A stretch of DNA of 62,782 nt, taken from positions 25,769,159 through 25,831,940 of the forward strand of contig NC_057720.1 in NCBI RefSeq assembly GCF_004010195.1. The letters are read 5' to 3'. Positions 36,901-51,400 of the stretch are shown in pieces; position 1 is the first letter of the stretch; every line of letters begins with the position of its first letter. The notes under the pieces are model-generated. The model did no database searches. It was not told the DNA's origin and saw only the letters and a program-made list of their open reading frames with translations. This DNA is from Chiloscyllium plagiosum (Eukaryota). A program made the position numbers and the translations under genes.

Positions 36901-39254
36901 GGTAATAACTCATTGTTGGGAGAGCACCTCCAATTTCCTCTCTGTACTGCATTGAAGTGCCAGTCCAAACTTTTTGATCAACCCCCTGGGGTAGGACGTA
37001 AGCTCATGACCAATTGTTTCAGTGCCAGCCCTGAGCCACAGCCACTTCGAAAGAACTTGGATCGGAGCCGGAGGGTTAGAGACGGAGTAGTTGGTGGAGG
37101 AGATGGATGAGTCAAAGTGTGTGCGTTTTTATGAATAAATGAAAGAATGACAATCTTGCACTCACTTAACATATTTCATAACATCAGGATGCCCAAAAGC
37201 ACTTTGCAAATAATGATTAAACTGTTTCAAAAGCCAGTCTGATATGAAAGTGTCTGATGTGACTGTTATTAATCACTCTCTGAAGTACAGTATACGTGGT
37301 GGGAACTTTACTAATGAATCCAAAGACAATAATCAGATCCAGACCCAGATCCAATCTCCATTATTTTTCTCTTGGGCTCCTTTATGCTTATGCAACCTAA
37401 TGTTTATGCTCAATATTGAAACAAAATACATATCAAATCACAACAGGTGTTAGATAGGGAGAGGCACAGAAATCAATCTCTCTCTCTTTGTTTAAATGTA
37501 TATGGCCCAGGAAGATGCTGGTGCCTTTTCTAAATGTATATAGAGCAAGGAGACCTTGACCTCTTTTCTCTTATCAAGTTTGAGCGAAATGCTGAATGTG
37601 GTCAGGTACAAACAACAGCAGTTTATTGAGGCAGAAGGCAAGCAGGCCATCATTCAGCAGAATATTGGCCATATTTTGTGCTACAGATCAGTTATTCTCT
37701 GACATTTCCACTGAGCTTGAGTTATGAACATACACATTTTATGTTTTTCATCTTTCAAAGGTATTAGATTTAGAAGACACTTTTTAAACCCATGACAAAG
37801 TCTATATATACCATTGGTATACACCATAGAAGATGACCCCTAAAACACTAAAGTTCTTTTGAAACTGCTTCTTAAATTTTCTTCTTCTTCTTGAGTCTTC
37901 TGCCTTAAGGCAGAAGATTGTTGATTATTTGCCAAACCAGGGGAAATGACATTTTTCTTTTACTGAGTGAATACTGTGTTGTTAGTGTTATTTACAATAA
38001 CCATTTAAGCAACCGAGTGAACTGGCCACTCTCTTAAAAGTTGGAAATATAAAATGTGCACAGTGTAGAAAATATAATCGTCAAGCAAAAAGAAAAATGC
38101 CCAGTCTGGGAAATTAAAAATTGTCATTTCATAAATCTTTAAATTGAAACAATAATTGCAGTGTTTCTAAAACCGCCATTAATGCTAGCAATAATAGGCA
38201 CAAGAGGGGAGCGATGATTCCGAACTACATAAATCCATCATATCCCTTTGACAAATTGTAAGGGTTTAAACAGACTGCATGGAGAAACATAAATTCAACA
38301 TGTAAACTAAATTTTAACTAAGTTTTAACCCATGCAGGTGGGAGGCGGAACTACTGGGAAACATCCTGATGTAGTAGATATCTTAGCTTCCAGAATTCAT
38401 GTGAATTAAGTGAATACCTTCTTGATAGTACCAACAAGAGGAAGAAAATAAATTCTATTCCATGGCTCAGTCGCTTTTCTTTAACCCCAGCTGCATTGTT
38501 CGATCTGTTTAAGCTGTGCTATTTGTAATTAAATGGAACTGTGGTAGTACAAGACATTCTGTTTTTTCCCTCCTTTCTCCATTACTTATCCTGTGAATAT
38601 GGATGACTGTGATTCTGTCAGTTAATTCCCTTCCCTCCCAAGCTACTGAATGTGTACTTTCAGGGAAACACATCTTCAATTCATCTTTATCTTTTGTTCT
38701 CAAGAATTTCAATAAATATTACATTTAAATTAAAAAGGGAACAGCTACCTTGAAAATTATGTGGTAGATAAGTGTAAAATAGCAAGGTTTGAACATCTTG
38801 AGCAAAGAATGTTTGGCAGTGTTATTCGTTTCATTTATTATCAGCCAATTCTCATACGTACTCTTGAGAAACATAACTTGAATTCCCAAGGCTGTACTTT
38901 TGAGAGACAAAACTTCTTCAATAGCTCAGGTTGCCTTCACAGAGGACACAATAATGAATGAAATTGGATTATTCCGGAAAATGGGCATGGATTGTGATGC
39001 ATGATTCAATGAAATGCAAGAAACTTTACAACTTGTGTTGTCTGTTCATTTGATTAAATGCTATACGTAGTTAGTGATGACATCGAGAATGTGCCAACTG
39101 AAGTTTAGGTATTTCATATATCGTCCCCTGTCGACATTTAGTTGTTTTTTTTTCCCTTGAACACCCCATTTCTAACCAGAGGCTAAACAATAAACAAATA
39201 ATTCATTGATGTAACTGAACAATGCTTCTTCATCATTGTATGAATCTGGAATAG

Positions 39255-40908
39255 GAGCCACAACAAACACAAGTAACTGCTTGTTGTAGGCTCCACAAGT
39301 ATCACCAATAATGGGGGAGCCCATCACATAAGTGCGAAAAGATAAGGCTGAAGCACTTACAACCATCTTCAGCCAGATGTCCTGAGTGGATGATCTATCT
39401 CAGTCTCCTTCAGAGGTCCCCATTATCAAGGTGCCAATCTTCAGACAAATTGATTCACGCCACGTGAAATCAGGAAATGGATGGAAGCACTCAACTCTGT
39501 AAAGTCAATGACCCTGACAATGTCCCAGCAATAGTACTGAAAATCTGTGCTCCAGAACTTGCTGCACATCTAGCGAGTTGTTTCTCTACAGCTACAATAC
39601 TGGCACCTACCCCATAGTGGGAAAAATTACCCAGGGTGTGCTTTGTACACAAAAAGTAAGACAAATCCAGCCAAGGCAGGCCAACTCGTTTCTGCTATAG
39701 TACAAAAACATGGACAAAATAACTGAATTCCAGAGGTGAGATGAGAGTGATTGTCCTTGATATCAAGGCCATACTTAACTGAATGTGGCATCAGGAGTCC
39801 TAACAAAACTTAAATCAAAGGACATCAGGAGGCAAACCCCTCGCTAGTTGGAGTCATACATAACACAGAGGAAGATGGTTGTGGTTGTTAGAGGTCACTC
39901 ATCTCATTCACTAGGAATCTCTGTAGGAGTTCTTCAGGTAATGTCCTAGGCACAGCTATCTTCAGTTTTTTTCATCAATGTCATTCTCTCCATCGTCAAG
40001 TCAGAACTGGAATGTTTGTGATAACTAAATGATATTAAGCACCATTCGTGACTCTTCAGATACTGTCCAAATGCAGTAACCTCTAAACAATTTTCAGACT
40101 TGGACTGAAAAATGGCAAGTAATATTCATGTCATACAAATGCTAGGTAGTGACCATAATCAAGATAAAACCCATAAGAGACCCATAACCATCATCCCTTG
40201 ACATTGAATGGTATAACTATCGCTGACTCCCCCATAAATAACATCATAGAAGTTACCATTGACCAGATACTCAACTGGATTAGCACCATATATCAAAGTG
40301 GCTACAAGAGCAGATCAGTGGCTTGGAATACTGAAGCAAGGAATTTGTCTCCTGACTGTCCAAGACTATCCAACATCTACAAGGCACAAGTCAGGAGAGT
40401 GATGGAATACTCCTCAGTTGCCTGTATGAATGCAGCTCCATCCACACTCATGAAGCTTGACATTGTCCAGTACAAAGCAGCTTTGCTTGACTTGTACCAC
40501 ATCTCTATATATCCACTCTCTTCCCCCACTGGCAATTAGTAGGATCAATATGTACCATCTAGAAGATGCAGTGCAGAAATTTGCACAAGCTCCTTAGGCA
40601 GCAGTTTCTAAACCCATAACCACTTCCATTTTGAAGAACAAGGGCAGTAGATTCATGGAATACCGCCACCTGCAAGTTCCCCTCCAAGCAACCTATCATC
40701 CTGATATGGAAATATATCGCCATCCCTTCACTAACACTGGGTCAGAATCCTAGCAATCCCTCCCGAATGGCATTGTGGGTCAACCTGCAGCATATGGGCC
40801 GCAGAGGTTCAGAAAGGCAGCTCACCACCATCTTCTCAAAGGCAACTTGGAACGGGCAATAAATGCTGGCCAGTCAGCAACGCTCATGATCCATGAATGA
40901 ATAAAAAT
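39255..40908 (+). mobile_element. LINE family B, long RT-containing copy
   Basis: LDIKAILN..WH, GVLQ..VLG, NIIEVTIDQILNW and IYKAQVRRVMEYS. Tail gggcaataaatgctggcc...atgaatgaataaaaa. Confidence 0.88.
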
Positions 40909-41960
40909 ATCTGAAGATAACGGATGTTTAAAATGCAACAAGTCGGCTGCATAACAAAGCACTACGGATGTTCTAAAATTCTTGCAATGTCGATTGGGAG
41001 GCATTGTGTCATAGTTAATACACTGTGGATGTAGATAGATTGATCCATTATCATCACTCAGTTACTATGAATAGTACACATGTAAGAGGATTGAGGGAAC
41101 TCAGCTGAAGATTCATAATTTGATAAGAGTTTATATGAGATAATATTAGCTAATGTTAATGTTCATTGAATTGAAGGCTTATTATTGATGTGGTTAGGCA
41201 GGTTGAAATTCTACAAAGCTGGTAGAAGTCCCAGAGCCAGGGTTGGGAGTGGAGTTGACCACAATGTGTCGGCAAATTAAGCCAGGACTGCATTTTGTCC
41301 ATTGCCAGGGTTGCCAACATGAATAAAGACAGAGGTTTAGCCCCAAGAGCTGTTGCACAATTCAGGGAGCTCAGTAACTTCACAGTGCCACCACCAGACC
41401 AATGTTGGCATTGCATCAAGAAGAAGTGGTACATTAGTGGTCATGTAATCTCAAAGTTGGTTACATAGGGTCGACGAAGCCTGGGAGTGCAGATGGTCAA
41501 TGATGATACCAAATTTTGTTATGGGGATAATCTATTTACTTGGTGTCTCAGTAATCTAAAAAGTGTCTAAAAAGGAGGATCCACAGCAGCAGGACTGACT
41601 TGTTCTGGTCACCTCGCACATGGTCCCAGGCCTTTCAGATTATAACAAACTGCCCATGAAGACAGGAAGAAGTCTTTGATTGGTCACTTAATGATTCCTT
41701 TTGGTCTCACTGGGCATCATAACTGGCATCTTTCCCATTACTGGCAGAAGGGCATGGTCAATGGAAAATATGTCTCCCAGCCTGTCCCCAAAAGGCAGAT
41801 AAAATTCAACTCAGAGAGCAGGAAAATGGACATATACACATGATGGAAGGACATGTCTACTGATACTTCACAAAGATCTGTGCTGTACACACTGTATTTA
41901 TTGATGCTTTAGATAATGAAATACAGAGTCATCTATTCAATCTTCTCGATGACACAAAGA

Positions 41961-42193
41961 TTGATTAGATTAGATTACTTACAGTGTGGAAACAGGCCCT
42001 TCAGCCCAACAAGTCCACACCGCCCCGCCGAAGCGCAACCCACCCATACCCCTACATTTACCCCTTACCTAACACTACGGGCAATTTAGCATGGCCAATT
42101 CACCTGACCTGCACATCTTTGGAGTGTGGGAGGAAACCGGAGCACCCGGAGGAAACCCACGCAGACACAGGGAGAATGTGCAAACTCCACACA
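41961..42193 (-). mobile_element. HE1-type SINE, 5'-truncated, little decayed
   Basis: (gatta)n tail, closely similar to 1297-1609, retains CpGs, stops within the V-domain. Confidence 0.9.
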
Positions 42194-44290
42194 GCTGGAG
42201 TTCTCTTTGTTCAAATGGTCGCCTTGCCTCTCTGGGATTTTGACACAGCAGTTTAAAAAAAAGCAATAAAATTGAGAAGTCTTCTATAGCCCTTACCCCT
42301 CTTCTCTCATGTGTTCACAAAGGGCTGCAAACCTTTCCTTGATCACTGATGTTATGTATCTTCTTAATGTACTTAACAAGCTACCAGCTTTCTAGAAAAT
42401 AGTGTGGGAGCAGTGATGGTGAAAAGCACACATGTCGGTCAGCTGCATGCCTGTACATTTCAGCTTCAAGTGATCTCCAAACATCCTGCCACCAGCCTTG
42501 CTTCTTTGTCCACACAAATTAAAATGAATTATCATTAGCTGAAAAGAGCCAAGGAACTCCATTGGGTACCAATGTCCCTGAATTCAGAAGAAAAAAATGA
42601 ACCAACACGTCAGATTGAACCCCCTTCTTGACGCCCCAACTGAGCAGCCTTTAAATGTCAGTAAATCCTACAAATTGCACTAACAAGGGTTGTACACAAC
42701 CAATTGTCATTTGAATAAACGCAGCACAGGTTTCCAACATCACTTGTAGCATATCATCACTCCAAGAATTAACTTCAAGATGAAAAAGGGGGGAAATAAA
42801 ATGGGGTGGAAAATCAAAAGAAAAGGAAATAAAATGGTTTTATGAAAGTGAAGTATTTTTACCCTTGTTTGTAAAGTAAATATGGATGAAATCAAGATTT
42901 CTCCCACTTAATATAAAGTATAATCAGTTAAATTAACTTCCATTTGTTTTTCTTTTCATATGATCTGAGGCAGCCAGTGGTTTAATTTCTATTGCCCAGC
43001 AAATTCCAGTGCACATTCTTTATCTAAATATTATGTTAGATGTTTTGAACAATTTCTTTGTGTCCATGGAAATATTTCTATTGATATTTGTTTGTGGAAA
43101 AGCTCCTATTAAAATGTAAATTAACCAGGATACAGTCATTACCAACACATTGCTGCTGGTGATCTGTCAAAATATCAAAACTTATGAAAATCTTTTTAAC
43201 ATTTATCTTTTGTTGTGATGTTTTGGATTCCTCTTAAGGCCAGTTTTCGAAACCACATGTCAGAATTGGCTTGTTTTCATCACAACATACTTTCTGTAAG
43301 ATGGAAATGTTTCTGCTGTCACACAGCAACTTTCCTCATAACTGAGATGGATGGAGGTTAATCACATACAGAGATGTGATCTCGAGTTTTAGAGTTTGTT
43401 GGAGAAAGATTATATTAAATCAACAGCTCTTTTTCCCCTTGATATATGAATAGAGGAAATGGGCTTTACACTGATGTACATTACAACAGTTATGCCTCTT
43501 TAAAGGTAGTTCATCAGTTGAAAACCACTAAGCCCTTGAGAGACACAATAAAAATGCAAGTCTTTATTGTTTTTCGAATTAACACTGGCCTAGAAGGAAG
43601 ATATTTTGAATGTTGGGACAGGTTTGATCTCTGAAAGACCTTTACCATATTTTAAGGTTGGGACAAGGGAGGAGGAATTCTTGCGTCTATCAACATGAAG
43701 TCAGTCACTGTTATTGTTTTAGTCAAAAACAAGATATTAATGTTGCTGCCCAGGCCAGCAATGGTTGTCCACACTTACTTGCCCTGGAGAAGATGGTAGT
43801 GAGCTGCCTTTTTGAGCCACTGCAGTCAACATGGCGTAGATACTCCCGCAGTACTGTTAGGAAAGAAGTTTCAGTATTTTGACCCAGCAACAATTAGGGA
43901 ATGGTACTATAGTTCAAAATCAGGATTGTAAGTGCCTTGGAGTTGAACAAACAGGTACCTGCTGCCCTTGTCCTTCTGCATAACAGAGAAGATACTGCCC
44001 AAGGAGATACAATTAAGTGGGCTACTTTTTCCTGAGCGGTGTCAAACGTCTTCAGTGTTGGCAGTGCATTCGGTCAAGTGGAGAGTTTTCCACTAAATTC
44101 TTAATTTGCATTTTGTAGATGGTAGACAAACTTTAGCAAGTCAGGAGGTGAGTGACTTGCTGCAGTATTCCTGGCCTCTGACCTGTTCTTTAGTCACTGC
44201 ATTTATACGGTCAATCCAGTTGTGTTTCTGGTCAATAGTAATTCCATAATAGTGATAGTGGGGAGTTCAGTGAAGGTAATGCCATTGAAT

Positions 44291-44598
44291 GATTAGATTA
44301 GATTAGATTCCCTACAGCGTGAAAACAGGCCCTTCGGCCCAACAAGTCCACACTAACCCTCCGAAGAGCAACCCAACCAGACCCATTCCCTACAACAAAC
44401 ACTACGGGCAATTTAGCATGGCCAATTCACCTGACCTGCACATCTTTTGTACTGTGGGAGGAAACCAGAGCACCCAGAGGAAACCCACGTAGACATGGGG
44501 CGAGTGTGCAAACTCCACACAGACAGTCGCCCAAGGTGGGCATTGAACCCAGGTCTCTGGCACTGTGAGGCAGTAGTGCTAACCGCTGTGCTGCCCAC
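44291..44598 (-). mobile_element. HE1-type SINE
   Basis: (gatta)n tail, V-domain and gtgctaaccgctgtgctgccc head. Confidence 0.9.
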
Positions 44599-44850
44599 GG
44601 TGTCAAAGGGTAGTGGCTAGATTCTCTTGTTTGGAGATAGTCATTAATCTGTCATTTGTACGATGTGAATGTTACTTGCCACTTTGCATCCCAATCCTGG
44701 ATATTTTCCAGGCATTGCTGTATTTAAACATGGACTGCTTCTGCACCTGAGGAGTTGTGCATGTGGTGAACATTGTTCAATCATTGGTGATTATCCTCAT
44801 TTCTGACCTTATAATGGAGGGAAGATAATTGATGAAGCAGCTGAAGATGG

Positions 44851-46670
44851 AGATCCAAGATGGCGGCGACTCAGCAAGTCTGGGTCTATAGTGCCCCTCC
44901 CAAGACCTAGGCAAAGTGGGCCACTCTCCTCCACCACACTCACCAAACCAATTAAAAATAGTTTTTAATTAATGTAATTAGTGGTTCAGTACTAAATTTA
45001 AACAGTTCCGTCTCCTGTAAAAATGACTAGGAGGAAAGGAGCCCGCAGTTCAAAGCAGGCAGGAGCCCCTCTTCCACCCTCCCCAGCTGCAGCAGAGGTG
45101 TCCGCAGCCGCCCCGGGGGACTTACCTATGGTGGCGAACCTTGTGGAAATCATCTCCAAACTCAATGCGAAGATCGACGCTTTCATTGAAGAGTCCCGAA
45201 GTCGATGGAATTCATCCTCGGCTGTGCTACAAAAGCACGTACGAGACATCGAAGAAATTGAATGGCGAGTCGGAGGGACGGAGCTAAAGGCTGCGACCTC
45301 CGAGGCCATTGCAGAATCGGCCGTGGATCGGGTCTGGACTCTTGAGCAGCATGTCCGGACCTTAGAGAATCACATTGACGACCTTGAGAATCGAGGTCGT
45401 CGAAAAAATATTCGTTTGTTGGGCCTTCCCGAACGGGAAGAAGAAGGCCAGCTTACAAGTTTCCTTGAATAGTGGCTTCCGCAGTTATTGAATCCGGAGG
45501 CTGGATCAGGCCAGGTAAGGGTGGAATGAGTCTACCGGGTTGCAATACGCGGGCCCGGCTCGAACCCCAGTGCCCCCCCCACCCCCACTCCTGTTCCGGC
45601 TGCAGAGCTATAAAGGCAGATGCTCTTGGAAGCTTCTAGAAATCTTGGGAAAGATCCCCAAGCCATGACTTATAAAGGATCCAAGATTATGTTATTTCAG
45701 CTTTTTCTCCAGCTTTGGTCCGAAAGAGGAAGGCGTTTGATGAAGCAAAGAGGCGGTTAAGGGATTTAAACATTCAATACTCCTTGCGCTACCCAGCTAT
45801 ACTACGGTTCAGCCATGAAAGGTCTGTGTATAACTTTGGATCACCGGAGAAGGCCGAGGAACTTTTGGACTCTCTTAGATAAATTATAAGAGTTAATTGA
45901 TGTTGTTTTGCCCTACCCCACCCTGGTTTACACCCCCCCCCCCCCNNNNNNNNNNNNNNNNNNNNNNNNNNNNNNNNNNNNNNNNNNNNNNNNNNNNNNN
46001 NNNNNNNNNNNNNNNNNNNNNNNNNNNNNNNNNNNNNNNNNNNNNNNNNNNNNNNNNNAGGGTACTCACTGTTAATTCTAGTTCAATAGTATACTTGAAT
46101 TTTCTTTATCCTATCGTGGGGTGCCTGGGTCAAGGGTGGGGCACTGGTTGGGAGAGGTTATGATGGGTTTTTTGGAGAGGAAGTGATGCCCCCTGGGAAT
46201 AAGGGGGAAGATCTCCGTTTAAATACGTTTTATACCTTTTTTTATTATTTAGAAATAGTTTTTTTTATTATATTGATCTGAATGTACGAAAGAGCTTTTA
46301 TTTTTGTAAATTTTATATGCTCTATGCTCGGGATGTTTTGGATAAATATGGGTTTTGTTGTGATCTGATGTTAACACATTCTGAGCATGTATATCACTGC
46401 TCAATTTATGTGTTATCCGTTGGGTTTTGTTTTCTCTTGAATAATGTAAGAATTTTAATGATACACTCTGGTTAGTTGTAAGTTAGATGAGTAGTTAGTT
46501 GAGTTTTGTCTTTTTTTCTCTTGTTATTTCTGTTTTCTTGTTTGATAGATTTTGGTTATCATTTATTTAAGATTTAACTGTATATCAATGTCTACAGTTG
46601 GTTTTTTTTAGTTTTCTTTTGTATACTTGTAAAAACATGTTAAATTTTCAAAGAAAATCTATAAAAAAAA
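44851..46670 (+). mobile_element. L1-clade element with ORF1 only (no ORF2 visible), poly(A) tail and TSD
   Basis: 5' caagatggcgg, L1 ORF1, T-rich 3' region, ataaaaaaaa tail. TSD gcagctgaagatgg at 44837-44850 and 46671-46684. Confidence 0.85.
45023..45882 (+). pseudogene. L1 ORF1p (coiled coil, RRM, CTD; Transposase_22-like), disrupted
   Basis: IDDLENRGRRKNIRLLGLPEREE and FSPALVRKRKAFDEAKRRLRDLNIQYSLRYPAILRF. Stops at 45470 and 45527 plus frameshift(s). Confidence 0.9.
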
Positions 46671-47845
46671 GCAGCTGAAGATGGTTAAGCCTAGGGTATA
46701 ACCCTGAGGCATTCATGACAGAGTGTCCTGGAGTAGAGACATCTAACCTCTGACAACCACAACCATCTTCTTATGTGACAGGTATGATTCCAATCGGGGA
46801 GAATCTTTCCCCTGATTGCCAGTTTTGCAAGAACTCCTTGGTGACACATTGGTCAAATCTGGACTTGATGTCAATGACTGTCACTCTCACCTCACCTCTG
46901 GAATTCATGTTCTGTTATAGTAAGCCACAAAGATAAGAGATTAAATACCGTCGGATGCAGTACATACTGCAACAAATTGTGCCTAATCAATGTAAGGAAT
47001 GAGTAGCGTGAAGTAAATGCACCCAAATTTCCAGATAACAAATCTTGTTAGAAATTATCCTTCTTTGTCATAAAATCATAGAATCCGCTGGCCTATTGTG
47101 TTAGCACTGGCTCGAAACAAAATATCTAATTAGTCCCATTCCCTACTTTCTTCCCATTGTCCAATAAATGCATTGGATCATAAAATTATATAGTATTTCA
47201 GCATTATTTCATAGATTCTATGTGTTTCCATTGCAATTACTACAGCTCATGGCAATTAATTGGCTAGTCAGCTTAAATATGTTGCGCTGTTAAGGTGCAT
47301 TGGTTCATTATGGCATGAATTGAATCTCAATATGTTCCATGACAGAAGAGTCTCTAACTGGGTCAGCGTGACAATGTAATTTTTTATACCATTCATCTTA
47401 ACAGTGTCTCCGATTTCATTTACCAATTCAAGCCCAGTTTGTGTTGAATTGGTTTAAGTTTCAAAATAATTCCCTCGGTGTTGAAATTCTCTCTGTAAAA
47501 TTCTTTCCTTATACACTCTGTTACTTTCACTTCCTTTAAGATGCTCCTTAAAAACCTAACTTTTTGACCAAACATTTGGCTGCCTCTCTCAATATCTCCT
47601 GAGGATATCAAAGGATTTCATTTTAGGCTCTTGAAAAAGGTGGCAAAAGAGAATGTCAATCTGGTGGTGTTAGTTTTCCACTACTCCCTAGACTCAAGAA
47701 AGGCACTATCAGATTGAAAATTGACAGACATAATCCTGCGCCTCAAGTTGGGAAAGAGGCTGATAACAGGAAACTGTAGGCTGATTAGCTCCATGTCTGT
47801 TATGGGGAAGGTGTTGGATTCGATCTTTAAGGAAGCAATGCCAGG

Positions 47846-48339
47846 ACTCTGGTGGAATACTACCCACTTGCCTGGATGAGAGCAGTTCCAATACCACTCA
47901 AGAAGCTCGACACTATCCAGGACAAAGCAGATCGCTTGATTGGCACTACATCTACAAGCATCCACTTCCCCCACCACTGATGCTCAGTAGCAGCAGCGTA
48001 TACTATATCCAAGATGCACCGCAGAAATTCACCAAAGATCCTCAGATAGATCCAAACACAAGACCACTTCCATCTAGAAGGACAAGGCAGATATATGGGA
48101 ACACCACCACCTCCAAGCTCCACTCCACTCACCACCCTGACTTGGAAATATATCATCATTTTCACAAGGGCAAAATCCTGGAATTCCCTCCCTAATGGCA
48201 TTGTGGATTAAACCACAGCAGATGGACTGCAGGGTTCAAGAAGGCAACTCACCACCACCTTCTCAAGGACAACTAGCTCAGGCAATAAATCCTTGCCAGC
48301 CAGAGACATCCACATCTCAGAGATGAACAAGTTCTTAAA
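47846..48339 (+). mobile_element. LINE family B 3' end with 9-bp TSD
   Basis: Family-B 3' sequence flanked by aatgccagg at 47837-47845 and 48340-48348. Confidence 0.85.
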
Positions 48340-48446
48340 AATGCCAGGCACATAGAAAAACTCAAGGTAATCAGGAAAAGTCAGCATGTTTTGTTTTGTG
48401 AAAGGGAAATCATGCTTAACTTATTAACTGCAGTGATTTGAAGAAG

Positions 48447-51400
48447 ATGAATGCGTGACTGAGGAACTGGTGCAGGGGGCAAAGTTTCACACTTTTGGAC
48501 CCGTGGGATCTCTTCAGGGGTATTAATGACCTGTTTGCGAGGGATAGATTCCACCTGAATTGGAAGGGGACTAATATCCTCGTGGGTAAAGTTGCTAATG
48601 AAACTCCGGACGCTTTAAGTTAGTAAAAAGTTGGTGGGTAGGGGTGGAAGGGGAAACCAAAGTGATAGTGAGAAAAGAGAAAAGGCTGAGGCTGGTAAAG
48701 TCAATAAGAGGAGCAAGTCAAATAGTCAAGGCAGACAAGAGCTCAGCAGAGAATGAGGTAAGACTGATAAATGAAACTGCATTTACCCCAAAGCAAGAGA
48801 CCTGACAGGTAAGGTTGATAAACTTAGAGCATGATTGGGAACATGGGACTGGGATTTCAAAGCTATTCCAGAAACATGGCCAGGGGATGGAAGGACTGGC
48901 AGCTTAATGTTCCAGGGTATAGATACTATAGGAAGGGTAGAACGGGAGGTGAGAGAGGATGAGGAGTGGTGTTTTTGGTTAGTGAGAGCATTACAGCTGT
49001 ACTGAGGGAGGATATTCTGGGAGATCGTCCAAGTGAAGTTATATGGGTGGAACTTAAAAATAAGAAAGAGATTATTACCTTGTTGCATTTTTGAAGCCCC
49101 TTCAGTAATCAATGAGAAATGAGAAGCAAATATGTAACAAGATGTGAGATATCTGTAAGAAAATTAGAGCTGTAATGGTAGGGGATTTTAAGTCAACTGG
49201 GGCTGTCATTGTGTAATCAAAAAGGGAGGAATTTGTACAAGAAAACTTTCATACTCAATATGTTGATGTACCTACTAGGGAAGGCACAATACTTAACCTT
49301 CTATTGGGAAATAAGGCAGGGCAAGTGAGTGAGATGTCAGTGGGGTGAGTGATCATAATTCTAACAGTTTTAAAATAGTTATGTAAAAGTATAAAATTAA
49401 TCAAAAAGTTAAAGTTCTAAATTGGAGTAAGACCAATTTTAATGGTATTAGACAAGGAATTTCAGACGTTGATTGAGAGAGGCAATTCACAGATACAGGA
49501 ATGGTTGGGGATTTGGAGGCCTTTAAAAATGAGATAATGGGAGTTCAGAGACACTATGTTCCTGTTAGTGCATGGTGCAAGGCTGGTAGGGGTAGGGAAT
49601 GCTGGATGACTATAGAAATTGAGACTCTGGCCAAGAAAAAGAAGGAGGCATATATCAGGTATAGGCAGCTGGGATCAAATGAAGCCTGAGAAGAGTATAA
49701 GGAGAAAAATCAGGGAAATCAGGAGGGCAAAAAGGGGTCATGAGATAGCTTTGGCAAATAGAGTTAAGGAGAATCAAAAGAAATTCTATCAATACTTCAA
49801 GGGCAGAAGAGTAAACTAGGGAGAGAATTGGGCACCTTAACGATCAACATGGCTGTCTATGTGTAGAACCACAGGAGATGGTTGAGATACTAAACAAATA
49901 CTTTGTATCAGTTTTTACTGTGGAGAAGGAGATGAAAGCTGGGGAACTTGGGGAAATAAACAATGATGTCTTGAAAAGGAGAAGGTGAGGTGTTGGAGGT
50001 CTTAAAACACAAAGGTAGAAAAATCCCAGGACTTGATCAGGTGTTTCCAGAACTCTGTGGGAAACTAAGGAAGAGATTGCTGAGCCCTTTGCTGAGATGT
50101 TTTTATCATCGATAACCATGGGTGAGGTGCAGGAAAGCTGGAGGTTGGCTGGTGCAGTGCCATTATTTTAAAAAGGCTGCAAGGAGAAGCCGGAGAACTA
50201 TAGATAAGTGAGCCTTATATCAGTGATGTTGGATGGGAATCTGAGGGACAGGATTTACATCTTTTGGAAAGGAAAGGCCAGATTAGAGAGAGTCTGCATG
50301 GCTTTGTGTGTGGAAAATTGTGTCTCATTAACACAATTGAGCTTTTTGAAGAGGTGAAAAAGACGATTATGTGGATTTCAGAAAAGCGTTCAACAAGGTT
50401 TCTTATGGTAGACTAGTTAGTAAAGTTAGATCACATAAGATCCAGGGGAAGCTAGCTAATTGGATACAAAATTAGCTTGAAGGTAGGAGACAGAAGGTGG
50501 TAGTGGAAGGTTGTTTTTGGATTGGAGGCCTGGGACCAGTAATGTGTCACAAGGATCCGTGCTGGGTCCACTGGCTTTCATCATTTATATAAATGATTTG
50601 GATGTGAATATAGGAGGTATGGTTAGTAATTTTGAAGACAACACCGAAATAGATAGTGAAGTGGACAGTGAAGAAGGTTATCTCAGAATACAATGGGACC
50701 ATGATCAGGTGGGCTGAGGAGTGGCAGATGGAGTTTAATTTAAATAAATGGGAGGTGTTGCATTTTGGTAAGACAAACCAGGACACGACTTATACAGTTA
50801 GTGGTGGCACCCTGGGGCATATTGCACAAGAGGTGCATAGCTCTTTGAAAGTAGAGTCGCACGTACACAGAGTGGTGAAGGAGGCATTTGGCACACTTGC
50901 CTTCACTGATTAACGCATCGAGAATAGGAGTTGGGATGTCACATTGTGGCTGTACAGGACATTGGTGTCGCCACTTCTGGCATTGTGGTTGCTCTTTTAC
51001 AGGAAGGATGTTGTTAACTTGACAGGGTGCAGAACTGATTTACAAAGATTTTACCAGGACTGGAAGGTTTGAGCAATAGGGCGAGGCTGAATGAGCTGAG
51101 GCTTTTGTTTCCCTGGAGCATCGGAGACTGAGAGGTGACCTTATAGACGTTTATAAAATCATAATGGGTATGGATAGGGTAAATAGCCAAGTTTTTTTTC
51201 CCCAGGGTGGGTGAGTCAAAAACTACAGGTGAGAGGGGAAAGATTAGAAAAGGACCTGAGAGGTAATTTTTTTTCATGCAGAGGATGATGAGTATATGGA
51301 ATGAGCTGCCAGAGGAAGTGGTGAAGGTGGGTACAATTACACAATTTAAAAGGCCTCTGGATGGGTAGACAAGTAGGAAGGGCTTAGAGGGTATGGGCTA

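Larger units (their letters stand above)
43735..46910 (-). mobile_element. LINE family B hosting a SINE and an L1 element
   Basis: The host continues across the insertion: ...gatgaagcagctgaagatgg | gcagctgaagatggttaagcctagg...gacaaccacaaccatctt. Confidence 0.8.

Noticed and set aside
44998..45309. Antisense ORF over L1 ORF1 (ORF0-like?)
   Set aside because: It overlaps ORF1 coding sequence rather than the 5' UTR and is explained by GC-rich codons. There is no independent support.
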